Below, in pieces: positions 63,640 through 64,000 of a DNA stretch of 64,000 nucleotides; positions within the stretch are counted from its first letter, which is position 1, and each line of letters starts with the position of its first letter. The stretch is from Nitrosopumilus sp. (lineage in GTDB: Archaea; Thermoproteota; Nitrososphaeria; Nitrososphaerales; Nitrosopumilaceae), in contig CBDBLX010000002.1 of assembly GCA_965207445.1 (NCBI GenBank), forward strand, positions 384,001 through 448,000, given 5' to 3'. The notes beneath the pieces are model-generated. The model was not told the DNA's origin and searched no databases. It saw nothing but the letters and a program-made list of their open reading frames with translations. Position numbers and translations under genes: made by a program.

Positions 63640-64000
63640 GAGGTTGGTGCGTAATTGACATTAGTCCTGTCTGTGACCCGTCTGTGAACTTGGTTTATTG
63701 CACATTCAATCTACAAAAGACTGAAATCTATCTATAGTGTGTTTTGTTTTTGAATATACATGTGTGTTGTTTTGGCAGACATAGATTATAGAGCATGAAA
63801 CGTGCAAGTGTGATAGCAGTAGATATCATTTGTATGATGGAATCTTTTGCCCTTTTTATGAGCGCAGATAAATCTGTTCAGGACGTTGATATTCCATGTA
63901 ATCGACAATATTTTACCAAACCGCTTTCTGTTTTTGGCCAGAGGCGCATACAACAGTGTAGCCTGTGATTCTTTGTCTCTTCTTCTGCTCCAAATTGCCT
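63640..64000 (-). mobile_element. Right end of another family B IS (runs off the window)
   Basis: Begins ggaggttggtgcgtaatt; reverse-complement match to ~60815-61175. Confidence 0.88.

Overview
The window looks like the chromosome of an ammonia-oxidising archaeon (Nitrosopumilaceae-like). A host-associated lifestyle is inferred from heavy MITE/IS debris, low-complexity insertions in enzymes and a Calx-beta-type surface gene. Bases 1-48,000 are mostly core genes: pelota, A/V-type ATP synthase (C, I, E, A, B, D, K), amt, rhodanese, pyrIB, the his operon, the coxBA/blue-copper/heme A synthase cluster and tRNA-Lys(CTT). Small accessory patches are interspersed: toxin-antitoxin/defence remnants, a GC-rich surface gene gated by a poly-C tract, and several MITE/IS families. 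Bases 48,000-64,000, downstream of tRNA-Lys, form an accessory island. It holds five cassettes, each a secreted (pro)protein followed by single-TM partner gene(s): one neprosin-like protein, two S1 serine proteases and two members of an unrecognised precursor family with an internal AxA site. All five cassettes carry the same upstream element, AAAAG(G/A)CA(C/T)(A/T)CC, exactly 18 nt before the TATA box. This candidate co-regulated effector/immunity-like system is the most novel signal found. Family assignments come from motif recognition by eye; no searches were run.
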